A stretch of 64,000 bases of DNA from an uncultured Sphingomonadaceae bacterium (lineage in GTDB: Bacteria; Pseudomonadota; Alphaproteobacteria; Sphingomonadales; Sphingomonadaceae): assembly GCA_913060895.1 (NCBI GenBank), contig CAJXSN010000013.1:4134-68133 (forward strand). Reading direction: 5' to 3'. Below the pieces are notes generated by a model that worked only from the letters and a program-made list of their open reading frames with translations, was not told where the DNA came from and did no database searches. The translations under genes were made by a program, and so were the position numbers. Position 1 is the stretch's first letter, and every line of letters starts with the position of its first letter. Positions 1 through 8,776 of the stretch are shown here, one piece after another.

Positions 1-1200
1 CGGCTAGCTATCGCGATCAGCGATCTGATGTCGAGCGAAGTGGTCGCCGAACTGAACGACTTTGTCCGCGAGGACATGATGGAAGCGCTGCCCGCCGATG
101 CGGTTGCGTTGATTGCCGAGCAGCTCGACACCGACGACGCCGTCCAGCTGATCGAGGATCTCGACGCCCCGGACCAGCAGGCCATTCTGGCCGAGATGGA
201 CGCCGGTGACCGTGCAGCCATCGAAAGCGCACTGTCCTATCCGGAAGAAACCGCCGGACGTCTGATGCAGCGCGAAGTTGTCGCTGTGCCGGAGCATCTG
301 ACAGTGGGCGACCTGATCGATCTGCTGCGCCAGGAAGACCACGGCCTGCCGACTGAATTTCACGAGGTTTTCGTGGTCGATGCAAGCTTTCATCCGGTGG
401 GCACCTGCAATCTTTCGTGGGTTCTGCGCACACCCCGCACCATCGCACTGGCCGACGTGATGAAGCGTGACCAGACCCTGATCCCCGTTTCGATGGATCA
501 GGAGGAAGTCGCCTTGATGTTCCAGAAATACGCGCTGATTTCTGCTGCCGTGGTGGATGAAGACGAGCGGCTGGTCGGCCAGATGACTGTGGATGACGTT
601 GTCCACATCATCGCAGAAGAAGCAGGCGAGGATGCCCTGCTGATGTCCGGGGCGGGCGACGGCGATATTAACGAACCGCTGCGCGATGCATATTCCAGCC
701 GGGTGCGCTGGCTGATTGCCAATCTGGGCACGGCGCTGATTGCCAGCCTTATTATTGCCGCCTTCGGGGCCGCGATCGAAAAGCTGGTTGCCCTCGCCGT
801 ATTGATGCCGATTGTTGCCAGCATCGGCGGCAATGCCGGCACGCAAACTATGGCCGTGACAGTGCGTGCGATCGCGATGAACCAGCTGACGCGGGCAAAT
901 ACCAAGCGGATACTCTGGCGCGAAATGCGCGTCGCGATGCTTAACGGTGTAACCGTCGCGGTGCTGATCGGGCTTGCCACAGCGGCCATTTTCACACCCG
1001 TTCTCGGCGGCGTAATCGCTCTGGCTATGGTCATCAACGTGATCACCGCCGGTTTTGCTGGCGTGATGGTGCCGGTAATTTTCGACCGGCTGGATACCGA
1101 TCCGGCCGTCGCCAGCAGCGTGTTTGTGACCATGATAACCGACTCGATGGGCTTCTTCGCATTCCTCGGGCTGGCTGTTGCATCGGGCATAGCCGGTTGA
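1..1200 (+). CDS. mgtE: Mg2+ transporter MgtE, 5'-truncated by the window edge
   Basis: The frame is open from nt 1 with no upstream stop, so the N-terminus lies outside the window. It has an acidic MgtE_N-type domain, a CBS pair (AAVVDEDERLVGQMTVDDVV) and a C-terminal multi-TM channel with the PIVASIGGNAGTQT motif. Confidence 0.9.
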   Translation, partial: RLAIAISDLMSSEVVAELNDFVREDMMEALPADAVALIAEQLDTDDAVQLIEDLDAPDQQAILAEMDAGDRAAIESALSYPEETAGRLMQREVVAVPEHLTVGDLIDLLRQEDHGLPTEFHEVFVVDASFHPVGTCNLSWVLRTPRTIALADVMKRDQTLIPVSMDQEEVALMFQKYALISAAVVDEDERLVGQMTVDDVVHIIAEEAGEDALLMSGAGDGDINEPLRDAYSSRVRWLIANLGTALIASLIIAAFGAAIEKLVALAVLMPIVASIGGNAGTQTMAVTVRAIAMNQLTRANTKRILWREMRVAMLNGVTVAVLIGLATAAIFTPVLGGVIALAMVINVITAGFAGVMVPVIFDRLDTDPAVASSVFVTMITDSMGFFAFLGLAVASGIAG

Positions 1201-1231
1201 GCAAACGCCATTTGGCCCTATCTAGGGCGCA

Positions 1232-1621
1232 ATGCCGCTTCATCTGACCAAGATCGCCTTCGGGGCGCAAAGCTACGGCGATATAGAGAGCTGGTATGCC
1301 CAGCGTCGCAGCCCCAATCTGACGACCCGGTATCGCCCGACACGGTGGGAAGCATGCATTGGCGGTTCGCTCTACTGGATTCACCAGCACGCGATTGTCG
1401 CGCGAAGCCCGATTACCGGATTTTCCGAAACACCAACCGGTCGCTGGTCGATCGACCTCGAACCGCGCCTGATACGCGTTATGCCGGTACCCAAGCGTGC
1501 GCATCAAGGCTGGCGGTATCTTAAGATAGACCCGCCCCGCGATCTGGAAGAGGGCGAGGACATTGGCGATGTCTTGCCGGGTAAACTGATGGGCAAGTTG
1601 CAGCGGCTGGGGCTGGTTTAG
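1232..1621 (+). CDS. DUF1489-family protein (function unknown)
   Basis: A 129-aa ORF starts 31 nt after mgtE. The sequence (MPLHLTKIAFG...WYAQR...LYWIHQH) matches my recollection of alphaproteobacterial DUF1489. No catalytic motif was recognised. Confidence 0.6.
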   Translation: MPLHLTKIAFGAQSYGDIESWYAQRRSPNLTTRYRPTRWEACIGGSLYWIHQHAIVARSPITGFSETPTGRWSIDLEPRLIRVMPVPKRAHQGWRYLKIDPPRDLEEGEDIGDVLPGKLMGKLQRLGLV

Positions 1622-1784
1622 CCCCGGATTGCCATTTGCGGGGAAAACCGCAACGCCGGAAAGTTTGCACAACAGAATGCTCCGACCGTGCCCGCTTCCC
1701 CGCTGCATCTGGGGCAGTGCTGCTGTTTGTGGAAAGGTTGGGGGCGCAGGCCGGTCTCTCGCCTGCCCCCCCAGCCATGTCGCC

Positions 1785-2870
1785 TCAGAAAGCCTTCTGC
1801 CAGCCGAGCGTGGCGAACCAGTCGCCTGCCATTTGCGGACCGTTCAGATTCTGGTGGACGGGCAGGCCGATCTCCAGCCCCAGCCGGTGTCCTGCCAGTC
1901 CGCCATGTGTGCCGACCAGATTTATGCCGCCGATCAGGTCGACACGTTCACCGCCCTGAAAATCGGGATTGGCCGTCTGGACCGGCCCCATGATGACGGC
2001 ATCGATACCATCCACACGGCCCGTTGTGCGTGCGCGCATACGGCCCGACAGGCTGATCCACTGCGCCGGCCTATAGCTGGCCCACAGGCTGCCTTCATAG
2101 ACATCCCCGAAGGCATAGTCCGCATCGTTGTCACCCAGTTTGATCGAAGCGCTGGCCTGCACGCCAAAGCCCATTTTGCCGCGCCGTCCCTTATACGTCA
2201 GCGCAGGCTCCAGATCCCACGTGCCCGTGCCCGTTTGCATCATGTAAGGCACGCGAATGGTGGGTGTTTCGCCCATCGGTGTAAGAATATCGCCAGTCTG
2301 CCCGATGGATCCGGTCGGCACGCTGACACCGGCCTTCAGCGTCAGCTCGTCGCGGCGGTCTGCCGTCGGTTCGGGTATGCCCAGCAATGGAAACAGCGCC
2401 GCAACCTTCGTATCACCCAGTGATTTGGGATTGGTGGTGAAGGTGCCCAGCTGATCGGTGCCCATTCCGCCTTGATAGGTGATGTGGTCCATCTCCTTCT
2501 CGATATAATTGCCCATCACCATCAGGGTAACGGCATCGGACGGGGCCCACATCGCGCCGAGCATATACATATCGGTCCGCATCTCTACCGGCACGATCCG
2601 CAGCGTGGGGGGCTGCATCGGCATTCCGGCAAAGCGGTTGGGAACAGTGGTGGCAATCGTATCGGGATCGACACTGCCTGTGCCGATTTGGTTGCCCTTC
2701 ATCTCCATATGCATTGCACGGACGGAGAACATGACTTCGCCCTTCTTGTGGGCGTGATCGGCCATCACTCCGATGGGGGCATGATCGTCGGCATAAACAT
2801 CATGCGCGTGGGCATGATTCGCAGAAGCGAGCGCCAAAGCGGCGCCCGCACAATAAAGTACGGTTTTCAT
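1785..2870 (-). CDS. Outer-membrane beta-barrel protein with His/Met-rich N-terminus (MetA-pathway/'transporter' OMP-like)
   Basis: It has a signal peptide (MKTVLYCAGAALALASA) and a His/Met-rich mature N-terminus (HAHAHDVYADDHAPIGVMADHAHKKG..MHMEMKG). An amphipathic strand pattern and a C-terminal aromatic residue (GWQKAF) are typical of OMP barrels. Confidence 0.6.
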   Translation of the reverse strand: MKTVLYCAGAALALASANHAHAHDVYADDHAPIGVMADHAHKKGEVMFSVRAMHMEMKGNQIGTGSVDPDTIATTVPNRFAGMPMQPPTLRIVPVEMRTDMYMLGAMWAPSDAVTLMVMGNYIEKEMDHITYQGGMGTDQLGTFTTNPKSLGDTKVAALFPLLGIPEPTADRRDELTLKAGVSVPTGSIGQTGDILTPMGETPTIRVPYMMQTGTGTWDLEPALTYKGRRGKMGFGVQASASIKLGDNDADYAFGDVYEGSLWASYRPAQWISLSGRMRARTTGRVDGIDAVIMGPVQTANPDFQGGERVDLIGGINLVGTHGGLAGHRLGLEIGLPVHQNLNGPQMAGDWFATLGWQKAF

Positions 2871-2926
2871 TTATTTTTCCTGTGACTGAGTAAACAGGCG
2901 ACCCCTTGGTGGGTTGCCGTGAACGC

Positions 2927-3394
2927 TCAGGCCGCAGGGGGTCCGGTTGCCGGAGGCAAACCTTCGGGAAAAATACCGGTTAACGCAGTGCGCGGCGCAA
3001 TACGCCTTAGCGGAATGGCCGCAACGGGTTCGCCAATAAGAGCTGCAAGCGGCAGATCGACGGCAGAAGCAACCGCATAGTCGCAGCGCATTTCATGCGG
3101 CTCATCCCCGTGAGAGGCATGGTCTTCACCAGACATATCGCCAACCAACGATATGTCAGCCATCGCCACCGCCAGCGTGTGCTGCTCTGTTTGTGCCATA
3201 CCGTGGCCGGAATGCATGGGCGGGGCACCGCGCTGCGGCGCAGGTGCGGGCTTCAGGCCAGTGCAGATACGCAGGATAACCGTCCCATCGGCCGCCCGCG
3301 CAGGCATGTAGCCGAACGGCATCGTCATGACGGAACACAGCGCCCAAAAACTCAGAAAGACGGCGAAGCGGAACACGGTGTGTGCGGCTAGCAC
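2927..3394 (-). CDS. DUF2946-like small His-rich protein
   Basis: A 155-aa ORF (GTG start) lies 56 nt upstream of the OMP gene on the same strand. It has an N-terminal hydrophobic segment followed by His-rich stretches (HSGHGMAQTEQH, GEDHASHGDEPHEMRCDY). The start and the family assignment are uncertain. Confidence 0.45.
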   Translation of the reverse strand: MLAAHTVFRFAVFLSFWALCSVMTMPFGYMPARAADGTVILRICTGLKPAPAPQRGAPPMHSGHGMAQTEQHTLAVAMADISLVGDMSGEDHASHGDEPHEMRCDYAVASAVDLPLAALIGEPVAAIPLRRIAPRTALTGIFPEGLPPATGPPAA

Positions 3395-3530
3395 GCAGTC
3401 GCCGGCTTGTCAGTGGCTAAGGCCTGTCCGCCCCAACCCGGAAAGCTGGAAAGTCCAGCAATGAATGCCCCGTCAGAACTATCCGCAGATCGAACATGGC
3501 AATAACAGCATGAGCAACCGCCGCTTTTTC

Positions 3531-3556
3531 GGAACCCTGCCCCTGTCGCCTTCGTT
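3531..3556 (+). promoter_or_regulatory. EcfG/SigT-type general stress response promoter (GGAAC-N17-CGTT)
   Basis: GGAAC at 3531-3535 and CGTT at 3553-3556 are separated by 17 nt. This matches the alphaproteobacterial EcfG -35/-10 consensus, and the -10 element lies 21 nt upstream of the ATG at 3578. Confidence 0.5.
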
Positions 3557-3577
3557 GGTTAGGAAAGGAGAAAAAAT

Positions 3578-3823
3578 ATGCCAGAACGTCAAAGCCTCCA
3601 TCCCGATAATGAACTGATCGACGAAATCACTGCCGAAAAAACTCCCTCCCAGCAGGGCAGTTCCGGTGGCCAGGTCAATGTTCGGGTAGGCAAGCGTGCG
3701 GAATTGAACGCCGCGACCGATCCTGATAACCGTGAACCCGCAACCGGATCGGACAATCCGGAGCAAGACGCGAGGAAAGGTCCAAAAACGATGGCCGCCA
3801 TCAAGAGCGGTAATCAGAACTAG
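3578..3823 (+). CDS. Small hydrophilic protein (81 aa), putative general-stress protein
   Basis: A Shine-Dalgarno sequence (AGGAAAGGAG) ends 8 nt before the ATG. The ORF has an EcfG-type promoter upstream and a strong hairpin downstream. The product has no TM segment or Cys and is rich in D/E/N/Q/G. No family was recognised. Confidence 0.55.
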   Translation: MPERQSLHPDNELIDEITAEKTPSQQGSSGGQVNVRVGKRAELNAATDPDNREPATGSDNPEQDARKGPKTMAAIKSGNQN

Positions 3824-3835
3824 AGTTTTCCGTCA

Positions 3836-3883
3836 CCAGCAAAAACGGCCCGCAGTCGAAAGATTGTGGGCCGTTTTTGCTGG
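3836..3883. terminator. Bidirectional intrinsic-terminator-like hairpin
   Basis: Arms CCAGCAAAAACGGCCC (3836-3851) and GGGCCGTTTTTGCTGG (3868-3883) are perfectly complementary over 16 bp. The 16-nt interval between them can form an extra 5-bp stem with a GAAA loop. A/T runs inside the arms give a U-tract in either direction. The hairpin sits between convergent genes. Confidence 0.7.
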
Positions 3884-3898
3884 TAACGCGCATTTCAA

Positions 3899-4573
3899 TC
3901 AGGCAGCCGTCTTCTCCGCCACCCTTCGCAGTGCGTTGACATATGCCTCTGGAGGCTGGGCACCGGGGACCATGAATTTGTTTTCGATCACCATCGCCGG
4001 GACGCCGGTTACGTTGGCTTCCCATGCCCGGCGTTCGTCCGCGCGGACTTTTGCGGCGGTGGCATCGTCGTTCAACGCAGCAAGCGCGTCTGTACGTGAA
4101 AGGCCCGCGCCCTCCGCGATATCCAGCAGCACGTCCCGCTCGCCGATCTTGCGGCGCTCGTTGAAGTGCGCCTTGAACAGGGCCAGTTTCAGTTCGGTCT
4201 GCTTTTCCGCGCCGTGGTTCTCCAGTGTCCAGACCAGCAGCCGGTGAGCGGCGAAGGTGTTCCACATCATCGCTTCGGGTGCAGGTTCGTCGCCTTCGTA
4301 ATCCAGAGACACACCGGCAGTTTCGGCAGCTTGCTTCATCTGGCCCTGCGCGCCTTTCGATTCTTCCACCGTCCGACCATATTTGCGCGCAATATGGGCA
4401 GTGCGGTTCTCACCGTTTTCGGCCATGTCGGGGTTCAGTTCGAATGCGTGCCAGCGGATATCCGCCTCTATCTCGCCGTTCAGCTGCTCCAGCGCCTGCG
4501 AAAGATTGCCCCAGCCGACGAGGCACCACGGGCACATCACGTCGGACCAGATATCGATTGTCATGCGGCGCAT
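3899..4573 (-). CDS. DsbA-family oxidoreductase (FrnE-like)
   Basis: The N-terminal thioredoxin-fold motif is IDIWSDVMCPWCLVG (CPWC active site). The 224-aa length is typical of the FrnE/DsbA-like family. Confidence 0.85.
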   Translation of the reverse strand: MRRMTIDIWSDVMCPWCLVGWGNLSQALEQLNGEIEADIRWHAFELNPDMAENGENRTAHIARKYGRTVEESKGAQGQMKQAAETAGVSLDYEGDEPAPEAMMWNTFAAHRLLVWTLENHGAEKQTELKLALFKAHFNERRKIGERDVLLDIAEGAGLSRTDALAALNDDATAAKVRADERRAWEANVTGVPAMVIENKFMVPGAQPPEAYVNALRRVAEKTAA

Positions 4574-4577
4574 AAGG

Positions 4578-5468
4578 CTACTCCTTGTTCATCCACCATG
4601 TGACCAGAGTGTGCGCGATGGCAAAGCTCTGCGGGAACAGCAGCGTATCTGTCCCCTCTTTACCAGCGGCTCGCGCGGCTTCCAGTTCCTCGCGGGTGAA
4701 CCAACGCGCATCGTCCAGTTCGGTCTTGTCGATGGTCAGCTGGTCGTCATCGGCCACGCTGTAACAGCCAATCATCAGCTGGCTGGGGAACGGCCACGGC
4801 TGGCTGGCGATATAGCGCACATCGCGCACCCGCAGGCCCGCTTCCTCGTGCACTTCGCGCGCCACGGCTTCCTCTATTGTTTCGCCCGGTTCCACAAATC
4901 CGGCCAGAGCGGAATACATCCGTGCAGGAAAGCGGGGCTGGCGGCCCAGAAGCAGGCGGCCCTCATGCTCCACCAGCATGATCGTAACAGGATCGGTTCG
5001 CGGAAAATGCTGGGCATTGCAGGCGCCGCAATCGCGCTGCCAGCCGCCCTTGGCCAGCTGTGTCGGTGATCCGCATCTGGCGCAGAACCGGTGCCGCATA
5101 TGCCAGTCGACCAGACTGCGTGCGCCGCCATAGGATGCAAGATCGGCTGCCGAAAGCATACCCATCGCGTTCCACATGCGCGGGTTAGCAAATGGCGGGC
5201 CCGTTTCATTGCCGTCAGGTACAGGGGCGAAGCATGGCTTGCCATCCAGCATACCCAGAAACACCAGCTCCGCATCAGGCGCAGCATCGGCCAGCGTGCC
5301 CCATTGCAGCCCGCCAGCATCATCGAACACGGGGTCAAGCCCGTCCATCTTGAGCAGACGCGCTTTCCAGTTCATTTGCCCGGCAAGAGCATCCGGATCC
5401 GCGCGGATATGGTCCGCCCGATCTATCGGTGATCCGGCAAAAGCGATCGATCCTGAAGGTTCACTCAC
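4578..5468 (-). CDS. nudC: NAD+ diphosphatase (NADH pyrophosphatase) NudC
   Basis: A zinc ribbon (CARCGSPT...CGACNAQHFPRTDP) is followed by a Nudix box (GFVEPGETIEEAVAREVHEEAG). Confidence 0.85.
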   Translation of the reverse strand: MSEPSGSIAFAGSPIDRADHIRADPDALAGQMNWKARLLKMDGLDPVFDDAGGLQWGTLADAAPDAELVFLGMLDGKPCFAPVPDGNETGPPFANPRMWNAMGMLSAADLASYGGARSLVDWHMRHRFCARCGSPTQLAKGGWQRDCGACNAQHFPRTDPVTIMLVEHEGRLLLGRQPRFPARMYSALAGFVEPGETIEEAVAREVHEEAGLRVRDVRYIASQPWPFPSQLMIGCYSVADDDQLTIDKTELDDARWFTREELEAARAAGKEGTDTLLFPQSFAIAHTLVTWWMNKE

Positions 5469-6795
5469 CGGTATTTGCCCCCGTCATCGCGGCTAGATCC
5501 GCCCGCACCAGATCGGGAAACCTGTTCTGGATCGGGTAGGCTTCGCTGGGCATATACTGGCTGTACAATTGCGCGCGCAGCCCGCTGTCGAAATCGACGA
5601 AGGCTGCCGTGCCAGCCGCTCCGCCCCAACCATAAGCCTTGCCCGTAACACGTCCGCCAGCGCCAAAGCCCTGACCTTCGATCCATGTACCCTTCGTCTG
5701 CACTGTAGAAGGCAGAATATTGCGCGTGCCGACACGCACGGCCAGTTCGTTCATCACCTGCTTGCCATCTATCTTACCGTAGCCGAGCAGCATACGAAGG
5801 AACCGGTCGTAATCACGTGGGGAACTGACCAGCCCGGCCCCGCCGAACGGGAAGGCAGGTTCATCCAGATAGATGGAGGCGCCAGCCGGATCGATCGGGA
5901 TTGGTGTGTTGTTGAGGATGCCGTAATTGGTCGTGAACCGGGCCACTTCGCTGCGCGGCACAGTGAAATACGTACTGTCCATTCCGGCAGGGGTGAAGAT
6001 ATTGTCCTGCAGGAAGGTCGCAAAATCCTGTCCACTGGCGACTTCGATCACCCGGCCCAGCAGGTCCAGACTGACAGAATAGCTCCACTTCGCGCCCGGC
6101 TGGAGAACCAGCGGAACCTGCGCCAGACGGTCGGAAAAATTGGCCAGACCCTGCACCGGCTTGGACCTGCCGATACCAGGAATAGGCAGGCGGCTGACCT
6201 GTCCCGGAACAAGGCCCAGACGATCATACTCGCCCTTGATCGGGCCTTTCTGGATGATGCCGTATCCAAGGCCTGCCGTATGCGTCAGCAGATGGCGAAT
6301 GGTGATCGGCCGCTCTGCCGGGACAAGATCGGTTATCGATCCGTCATATGTTTTCTGCACCATCATGTCGGCATAGGCGGGCAGTATTTCGGCCAGCGGC
6401 TGGTCCAGCCCCAGCTTGCCGTCATCGATCAGCATCATCGCGGCCATGCCGGTGATCGGCTTGGTCATGGAATAGATACGATACAGGCTGTCCATGCCGG
6501 CCACGGCAGGCTGGCCGATAGTCAGCCTGCCCCCGCCGATCAGCTGGGCTTCCGCCTGCTGCCCCCAGCCGAAGGTGGCGATCATATTGGCCACCTTGCC
6601 ATCGGCAACATAGCCGGTGATTTCCTTTGTAACTCCCGGCCAGGGCATCGCGCCAGTGCGCGCTTCGGCAGTTTGCGCAAAGGCCGCGCGTCCCATCGGC
6701 ATACTGGCAAGCATCGCCCCTGCGCCTGCCAGGGCGCCGCCACGAAGCAGCGCACGGCGACTGACATTCGCCTCTTCAAATGTCCTGAAAGCCAT
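5461..6795 (-). CDS. Serine hydrolase, beta-lactamase/PBP4*-like, Tat-exported
   Basis: It carries a twin-arginine signal (SRRALLRGGALAGAGA) and an SxxK active-site motif (YSMTKPITG). It overlaps the nudC start by 8 nt. Confidence 0.85.
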   Translation of the reverse strand: MAFRTFEEANVSRRALLRGGALAGAGAMLASMPMGRAAFAQTAEARTGAMPWPGVTKEITGYVADGKVANMIATFGWGQQAEAQLIGGGRLTIGQPAVAGMDSLYRIYSMTKPITGMAAMMLIDDGKLGLDQPLAEILPAYADMMVQKTYDGSITDLVPAERPITIRHLLTHTAGLGYGIIQKGPIKGEYDRLGLVPGQVSRLPIPGIGRSKPVQGLANFSDRLAQVPLVLQPGAKWSYSVSLDLLGRVIEVASGQDFATFLQDNIFTPAGMDSTYFTVPRSEVARFTTNYGILNNTPIPIDPAGASIYLDEPAFPFGGAGLVSSPRDYDRFLRMLLGYGKIDGKQVMNELAVRVGTRNILPSTVQTKGTWIEGQGFGAGGRVTGKAYGWGGAAGTAAFVDFDSGLRAQLYSQYMPSEAYPIQNRFPDLVRADLAAMTGANTGE

Positions 6796-6900
6796 GGGTT
6801 ATCCTCGATGTAGTAAATTGTTTGAAGGGTTCCTGCGGCAAGCGGGATGAACGGTCAATTGCCTGTTGCCAATTCGGGGTGTGATAGCCATATAACACAC

Positions 6901-7125
6901 ATGTTTAATCTTGCTTCTATCCTCGTAGGGATCATCTCGCTCGTCATCGTCATTCCAGCCACCATTCCGCTGCTCGGCTGGGCCAACTGGATCGCCCTGC
7001 CGTTGATTGCGGTCGGCGTGGTGCTCGGCCAGCTAACGTCTTCCGGGCGTGGGGGCCGCAATTTCTGTCTGATCGTGGGCCTGATTGCAGTTGTCCGCCT
7101 CAGCCTTGGCGGCGGCATTCTCTAG
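6901..7125 (+). CDS. Small membrane protein (74 aa), hypothetical
   Basis: The product is almost entirely hydrophobic (MFNLASILVGIISLVIVIPATIPLLGWANWIALPLIAVGVVLG...), giving 2-3 predicted TM helices. No strong SD was seen. The ATG at 6901 was chosen within the 6847-7125 ORF. Confidence 0.4.
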   Translation: MFNLASILVGIISLVIVIPATIPLLGWANWIALPLIAVGVVLGQLTSSGRGGRNFCLIVGLIAVVRLSLGGGIL

Positions 7126-8150
7126 CACGAAAGCGCAAGTCGCGCGGCCTTGGTAAACAGGGTCGGCAACCCGGCCTCTTCCAGCGTATCGAGCGGCCAC
7201 CACTGGCCATCCTCCACCGGCTGCTGCTGGCTATCCAGCGCCATTACGTCCAATTCCAGCACGGCATGGGTGAAAACGTGGCGCACCCTGCCCAGCAACT
7301 TCCAGTCGCCCATGATCGGCGGTTTGGCGGAACCATCCTCCTGTGCGCTCCATTCGTCATCGGGCAGGCTGCGCATCCCGCCCAGCATTCCGGTGCCGGG
7401 CCGCCGGATCAACCAGACTGCGCCGTTCCGTTCTATCCAATAGGCCTGCCCCTGCCGCACCGGTTTCGCCTTTTTCGCAGGCTTGACCGGCAGACGCTCC
7501 GGATCGGCAGTACGCGCGTCGCACATATCGGCCAGCGGGCACAGCAGGCATTTGGGGCTGCGAACAGTGCATAGGCCGGAACCCAAATCCATCATCGCCT
7601 GGGCGAAATCGCCTGCGCGGGTGTCCGGTGTGATCTCGTCCATGCGGGCCCGAATTGCCTTGCGGGCGGCTGGTAAAGGTTCTTCAATACGAAACAGCCG
7701 CGCAACCACCCGTTCAACATTCGCATCGACCACCACTGCCCGTTGCCCGAAGGCAATCGCGGCGACCGCAGCCGCAGTGTAATCACCCACCCCCGGTAGA
7801 GCGCGCAGGCCCGCTTCGGTATCGGGAAAGTCGCCCATTTCCGCGACTGCCTTCGCAGCCTTCACCAGATTGCGAGCTCTGGAATAATAGCCCAGCCCCG
7901 CCCATGCGGCCATTACCTCTTCTTCGGGCGCAGCGGCAAGATCAGCGACAGTCGGCCATCTGTCTGTGAACTTCGCAAAATACGGCTTCACCGCAGCCAC
8001 CGTTGTCTGTTGCAGCATGACTTCGGACAGCCAAACACGGTAGGGATCGGGCGCAGCTTCCCCCCAGGCCGCGCGCCACGGCAGGCTGCGCGCATGGGTG
8101 TCGTACCATTGCAGAAGCGATGCGGAGACAGGTTTGCCGGTGGCAGTCAC
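7122..8150 (-). CDS. mutY: A/G-specific adenine DNA glycosylase MutY
   Basis: It has the LLQWYDTHARSLPWR N-terminus, an HhH-GPD core (LPGVGDYTAAAV), a 4Fe-4S Cys cluster (C..CPLADMC) and a NUDIX-like C-domain. The start was set at GTG 8150; the ORF is open up to 8273. Confidence 0.85.
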   Translation of the reverse strand: MTATGKPVSASLLQWYDTHARSLPWRAAWGEAAPDPYRVWLSEVMLQQTTVAAVKPYFAKFTDRWPTVADLAAAPEEEVMAAWAGLGYYSRARNLVKAAKAVAEMGDFPDTEAGLRALPGVGDYTAAAVAAIAFGQRAVVVDANVERVVARLFRIEEPLPAARKAIRARMDEITPDTRAGDFAQAMMDLGSGLCTVRSPKCLLCPLADMCDARTADPERLPVKPAKKAKPVRQGQAYWIERNGAVWLIRRPGTGMLGGMRSLPDDEWSAQEDGSAKPPIMGDWKLLGRVRHVFTHAVLELDVMALDSQQQPVEDGQWWPLDTLEEAGLPTLFTKAARLALSC

Positions 8151-8179
8151 GCTGCGCCTATGGCATGGCTGCCCGCACG

Positions 8180-8776
8180 ATGGAACGGGACAGCAAACAC
8201 CCACGGGGCACATCCGGCAAGACACCTGCAAAGGGCGCGAAGCCGCGCGCCGGTGCGGGTAGCAAAAAGGCAAAACCTTACGAACGCCCGCGCGGACGCG
8301 GCGCAGCGGCCATTGGCGATCTGACCCCGCAAGTCGGGCGCACCGCCTTTCGCCGCTTCGGCTTTGTCCAGAGCAGCATCGTCACCCGCTGGCCTGAAAT
8401 CGTCGGGGAACGCCATGCCCAGGTCACTTCGCCCGAAGCAATCCGCTTTCCCCCGGGGGAACGGGCAGAAGGCATCCTGCAACTGGTGGTGATGCCCGCC
8501 CACGCACCGCTGATCAGCCATGTGATTCCCGAGATTATCGAGCGGGTGAATCGCTTCTTCGGTTACAAGGCCGTGGCCCGGGTGAAAATACGGCAAGGTG
8601 CTGTTCAGCCTTCCTCTGCTGGGGAGAAACCCAAAGCACCACCATCGCTTAAACCCATTCCGATGGAATTGGGGGACAGCCTGCGCGATGTGGGTGACCC
8701 GGAATTGCGCGCCGTGCTGGAAGGCCTGGCGCGCAGCATGGGCGGTGATAAATCTTCGGAGACGGACGAAACATGA
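8180..8776 (+). CDS. DUF721-domain protein (DciA-family candidate)
   Basis: The pattern W..IVGERHAQVTSPEAIRF....GILQLVV...APLISH....IIERVNRFFGYKAVARVKIRQG matches the DUF721 signature. The position between mutY and the dsbA-like genes is typical of alphaproteobacteria. The start (8120/8165/8180) is uncertain. Confidence 0.65.
   Translation: MERDSKHPRGTSGKTPAKGAKPRAGAGSKKAKPYERPRGRGAAAIGDLTPQVGRTAFRRFGFVQSSIVTRWPEIVGERHAQVTSPEAIRFPPGERAEGILQLVVMPAHAPLISHVIPEIIERVNRFFGYKAVARVKIRQGAVQPSSAGEKPKAPPSLKPIPMELGDSLRDVGDPELRAVLEGLARSMGGDKSSETDET

Noticed and set aside
3479-3766. A 95-aa minus-strand ORF overlaps the small plus-strand gene.
   Set aside because: The plus-strand ORF has a strong SD, an EcfG-type promoter and a terminator. 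The minus-strand ORF has none of these and would run into the promoter region.
7122-7125. Convergent gene pairs share palindromic stop tetranucleotides. CTAG is shared at 7122-7125 and 32404-32407, and TTAA at 46185-46188.
   Set aside because: The overlaps are real and confirmed in the sequence. They are most simply a by-product of genome compaction, and I see no evidence of a specific function.
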